NCBI GenBank assembly: GCA_050117845.1
Contig: JASFLY010000037.1
Coordinates: 1-22,964, forward strand
Direction of reading: 5' to 3'
Source of the DNA: Candidatus Zixiibacteriota bacterium
GTDB taxonomy: Bacteria > RBG-13-66-14 > B26-G2 > WVWN01
DNA: 22,964 nucleotides
Both the position numbers and the translations under genes were made by a program. The notes beneath the pieces were generated by a model. That model saw nothing but the letters and a program-made list of their open reading frames with translations, did no database searches and was not told the origin of the DNA. Shown piece after piece: positions 16,702 to 22,964 of this stretch. Positions within the stretch are counted from its first letter, which is position 1. Every line of letters starts with the position of its first letter.

Positions 16702-16725
16702 AGCCGCCCTCCGGGGCGGCTTTTT
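16702..16725 (+). terminator. Intrinsic terminator (family copy 5)
   Basis: AGCCGCCC-TCCG-GGGCGGCT followed by TTTT. Confidence 0.85.
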
Positions 16726-16757
16726 CGCCCCCCGCGGCCGGTCCCTGACGAATTCGC

Positions 16758-16786
16758 TTGACATCGCCCGCGCCGGCGTGTATGGT
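16758..16786 (+). promoter_or_regulatory. sigma70-type promoter for the DUF3795 gene
   Basis: TTGACA-17 nt-TATGGT. Confidence 0.6.
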
Positions 16787-16829
16787 GCGTAAAACCAAAT
16801 CCACCGTAAGAGTCATAGGAAGGAGAGAA

Positions 16830-17171
16830 ATGGATAAGATGTTGGGGGCTTGCGGCCTGGAGTGCAGCGCTTGCCCGGCGTACCTCGCCACCCAGGCGAA
16901 CGACGCCGCGAAGATAGAAGAGATAGCCAAGCAGTGGTCCCAGCAGTACGGGGCCGACATCGAGGCCGAAAGCGTATGGTGCGACGGCTGCCTGGCCGAC
17001 GGCGAGCGGAAGTGCGCCCATTGCGCCGAGTGCGAAATCCGTGGCTGCGTCGTGGGGCGGGGCTTCGCCACCTGCGCCGAATGTGGCGATTACGCCTGCG
17101 AGAAAATCAGCGGCTTCTTCGAGATGGTGCCCGACGCGAAGAAAACGCTGGACTCGTTGCGCGATAAGTAG
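16830..17171 (+). CDS. DUF3795-type Cys-rich (metal/Fe-S-binding) protein, 113 aa
   Basis: ATG 16830 behind AAGGAG. CGLECSACPAY..CDGC..CAHCAECEIRGC..TCAECGDYAC gives 12 Cys. Confidence 0.85.
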   Translation: MDKMLGACGLECSACPAYLATQANDAAKIEEIAKQWSQQYGADIEAESVWCDGCLADGERKCAHCAECEIRGCVVGRGFATCAECGDYACEKISGFFEMVPDAKKTLDSLRDK

Positions 17172-17251
17172 TATTATCGCCGTTAAGTGAACGGCGTTCG
17201 ACGCCGCGTAAACGATGAGCTTAATACTGATAGAAAATAGCGATACCAGGA

Positions 17252-17287
17252 AACGCCGGCCCCCCGGGAGCCGGCGTTCTTTTTATT
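17252..17287 (+). terminator. Terminator-like hairpin immediately upstream of carA (possible attenuator)
   Basis: AACGCCGGC-9 nt-GCCGGCGTT then CTTTTTATT directly before the carA ATG. Confidence 0.65.
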
Positions 17288-18396
17288 ATGGCCGGTGACG
17301 CTTTCCTCATACTCGAGGACGGCCGAACCTTCCAGGGCGAGGGCTTCGGCGCCGAGGGGATTGCCGTCGGCGAAGTCGTCTTCAATACCGCCATGACCGG
17401 CTACCAGGAAATCCTGACCGACCCCTCGTACGCGGGTCAGATCGTCGCGCTCACCTGCCCCCACGTCGGCAACTACGGCGTCAACGACGACGACGTCGAG
17501 TCCGACGGCCTTTACCTCACCTCCCTAGTCGTCCGCTCCTACGAGGACTTCTACAGCAACTGGCGCGCCTCCACGTCGCTGGGCCGCTACCTCGTTCGGC
17601 ACGGCGTCGTGGGCCTATCCGGCGTCGATACCCGGGCGCTTACCCGCCACATCCGTCGGGAGGGCGCGATGCGCGGGGCGGTAGCGGTGGGCCGGCACGA
17701 CCCGGCCGATGTGCTGGCGCGGGTTAAGGCCTCGCCTCCCATGGCCGGCCGGGACCTCGTCGGCGAGGTTACGCGAGAGAGGCCGGACACCTACGCCCCG
17801 GCCGAAGGCGAGCCCCGCTTCCGCCTGGCCCTACTCGACTGCGGCGTCAAACTCAACATCATACGCGAACTGGGCCGCCGCGGTGTCGCCGTCACCGTCT
17901 ACCCGGCGCGGACGCCGGCCGAGGAGATTCGGGCCGGCCGGCCCCACGGCGTGTTCCTCTCCAACGGCCCGGGCGACCCGGCGGCCCTGCCGTACGTCGT
18001 CGATACCGTGAAGGTCCTACTCGGTCGCCTCCCCATAATCGGCATCTGCCTCGGCCACCAGATCCTGGGCCTCGCGCTCGGCGGCAGGACCTACAAACTC
18101 AAGTTCGGCCACCACGGCGCGAACCACCCGGTGAAGAACCTCGCGACGGGGCGCGTCGAGATAACGTCGCAGAATCACGGCTTCGCCGTCGACGCGGATT
18201 CGTTACCACAGGCCGTCCACGTCACCCACGTCAACCTCAACGACGATACGGTGGAGGGCCTCCGATCCGACGAGCACGGCGTTATGAGCTTGCAGTATCA
18301 CCCGGAAGCCGCCCCCGGCCCGCACGACTCCCGCTACAACTTCGACGACTTCCTGACGCTTCTGGAGAAGTCGACCCAGGGGAGGTTGGACTTCTG

Positions 18397-18397
<1 letters not shown>
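17288..18397 (+). CDS. carA: Carbamoyl-phosphate synthase small subunit
   Basis: [35 protein letters not shown] (catalytic Cys), SQNHGFAVD and QYHPE. Confidence 0.98.
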
Positions 18398-21606
<3,209 letters not shown>

Positions 21607-21636
21607 TAATGTGGCGGCAGATGTTTCCTTTAATTC

Positions 21637-21727
21637 GTGGCCCAGACATTCTTGTCTGGGGAAGCCGTCGGATGGTAACATCCGGCGGCACTGTTTGATG
21701 GGGCGCACCTGAAGGGCACGCCCCTAC
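21637..21727. repeat. Cluster of three short palindromes (REP-like and/or terminator) between convergent genes
   Basis: GTGG-CCCAGACA-TTCT-TGTCTGGG (+); GCCGTCGGATG-GTAA-CATCCGGCGGC; GTAG-GGGCGTGCCC-TTC-AGGTGCGCCCC (-). Confidence 0.5.
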
Positions 21728-21788
21728 GAAAGACAACCCGCGGTCCGGAGCCTGCGAGAGGTACACGGCGACTAGCGGCATTCACGTA

Positions 21789-22727
21789 TTAATCCCGGCC
21801 GAGCCGTTTCCCAATCCTATATACGAGGAAGCTAATCCAGCGGGAAGGGTTTTCCTTCTGGGAATAATCGAATCCCGCCCACGCTTCGTGAATCGAGTCC
21901 GCCCGGAACCGGCCTTTCTCGTCCTGCCTGGAAATAAGTAAGTCGTATATCTCGGCCGTCCGGGCGTCCTTCCGGACGATGTCGAATCGCGAAATACAAT
22001 CCGCGAACTTTAAAAGCCGATATCCGGTGAACGGATATACCAACTTCCGCCACTCCGTACCTATCCCGAACCCTTTGGTCCGGCCTTTTCTCTCCCAACA
22101 ACCCAAAAGGAATTCCACCGCTCTCGTCGATACGTCGCCCTTTCGCAAGCGGGGGTGTTCCGCCAAAGCGCCGGCCACGTTCAGCGTGGCCCACGGGCAG
22201 CTGTCGTCCTTCTCGTGGGATTTGCCTACTTGAGCCCGGGCGGAGTGTATCCAGCCGCCGTCGAGGCGCTGCCGGGACAAAAGCCAATCGTATCCCGCCT
22301 CGATCACTGGCTTCCCGGAGAACCCGACCTTCATAAGGGTTTCGAGAGCCATGCCGGTGGCGCAGTCCATCAGGTATTTCTCCGCGGTGCCGCATTTGAA
22401 TCCGCCGGCCGGCGATTGGAAGGACGCTATGAACTCGCAACCCTTGCTTATCGCCGGGGCGCCGGCCCGGAATCCGAAATCCCCCAGGACCCGAACGCGC
22501 CATAGCGTTCGGGCTCCGGCATATCGATACATGTTTTTGTCGTCGTCCCACCAGCCGCCGGGGGCCTGCCGTTCCAAAACGGCCCGGACGAGTTCGTGTT
22601 CGGCCACCGCGCGTTTCGCCGCCCGGACTTCCTCGTCACCTTCCGCTGTGTCCAGCAGGTCGACCAGCGTTCGGTAGCGGACCCAAGGCTCGCCCTCGAG
22701 TAACCATTTAATATTCTCTTCTTTCAA
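21789..22727 (-). CDS. Prenyltransferase/squalene-oxidase repeat (alpha-alpha toroid) family protein
   Basis: WLLEGEPWVRYRTLVDLLD and QW-like repeats RQAPGGWW, FQSPAGGF, WLLSRQRLDGGW, SRQDEKGRF, plus PSRWIS near the end. TTG start behind a purine-rich tract. Confidence 0.72.
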   Translation of the reverse strand: MKEENIKWLLEGEPWVRYRTLVDLLDTAEGDEEVRAAKRAVAEHELVRAVLERQAPGGWWDDDKNMYRYAGARTLWRVRVLGDFGFRAGAPAISKGCEFIASFQSPAGGFKCGTAEKYLMDCATGMALETLMKVGFSGKPVIEAGYDWLLSRQRLDGGWIHSARAQVGKSHEKDDSCPWATLNVAGALAEHPRLRKGDVSTRAVEFLLGCWERKGRTKGFGIGTEWRKLVYPFTGYRLLKFADCISRFDIVRKDARTAEIYDLLISRQDEKGRFRADSIHEAWAGFDYSQKENPSRWISFLVYRIGKRLGRD

Positions 22728-22781
22728 AGGCCCTTTCCCCCTTTCCGTTCGGCCTATGTCCGCGTCCCGGCGCGGGCGAGG

Positions 22782-22964
22782 TTAAACGACCTTGACCTTC
22801 CGGCCCAAGGTAACGAGGACGAGCGAGCCCACGGCCGCGAGCGCCGCCGCGAGCACCAGCGGGAGGGTATAGCTCCCGGCGGCGTCGAAAAGGACGCCGC
22901 CGAACGCCGGCCCCAGTATACCCGAGAAGCCGTACGCGAGGGACACGAACGGATAGTTCCGGCC
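22782..22964 (-). CDS. 3' end of an MFS transporter (OFA/MCT-like), partial
   Basis: Manual translation GRNYPFVSLAYGFSGILGPAFGGVLFDAAGSYTLPLVLAAALAAVGSLVLVTLGRKVKVV* matches the TM11-TM12 pattern GP..GG.LFD..GSY. Confidence 0.8.
   Translation of the reverse strand, partial: GRNYPFVSLAYGFSGILGPAFGGVLFDAAGSYTLPLVLAAALAAVGSLVLVTLGRKVKVV

Noticed and set aside
12729..16725. Integron cassette array or CRISPR-like array suggested by regularly spaced palindromes
   Set aside because: The repeats are GC hairpins with T-tails (terminators) spaced ~1 kb apart around paralogous genes with their own promoters. I found no RYYYAAC/GTTRRRY attC structure, no integrase and no cas genes.
21789..22727. Squalene-hopene cyclase
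   Set aside because: It is only 312 aa and lacks a proper DXDD catalytic motif in context. Only generic QW-like repeats are present.

Overview
GC-rich bacterial chromosomal window with AT-rich intergenic promoters and four blocks. (1) A minus-strand sulfur/phosphoester block (1-6070): sat, a small K+-channel-like gene, a type I phosphodiesterase/NPP-family gene, and two paralogous membrane-anchored sulfatase-fold genes, one cut by the window edge. (2) An exported-protein block (6295-16682): six signal-peptide-bearing, Ser/Gly/Tyr/Thr-rich predicted 5-bladed beta-propellers that all end in the same short tail, (S/T/V)(G/A)(V/I)xPxS[LVFM]G[KE][IV][KR]xx[FY]R-stop. The block also holds a SurA/PrsA-like lipoprotein and an FG-GAP propeller protein with a T9SS-CTD/FlgD-like C-terminal domain. 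Four of the propellers form a tandem array of ~1 kb promoter-leader-gene-terminator units. (3) A Cys-rich DUF3795 gene and carAB, with a terminator-like hairpin and an Arg-rich uORF just before carA. (4) A prenyltransferase/squalene-oxidase-repeat gene and the 3' end of an MFS transporter. The best candidate for an undescribed system is the short C-terminal tail as a protein-sorting signal, with a possible dedicated foldase and a diversifying cargo array. The gene style suggests an FCB-related candidate phylum, which is an inference only. No rRNA, tRNA, CRISPR array, transposase, integrase or reverse transcriptase was seen.
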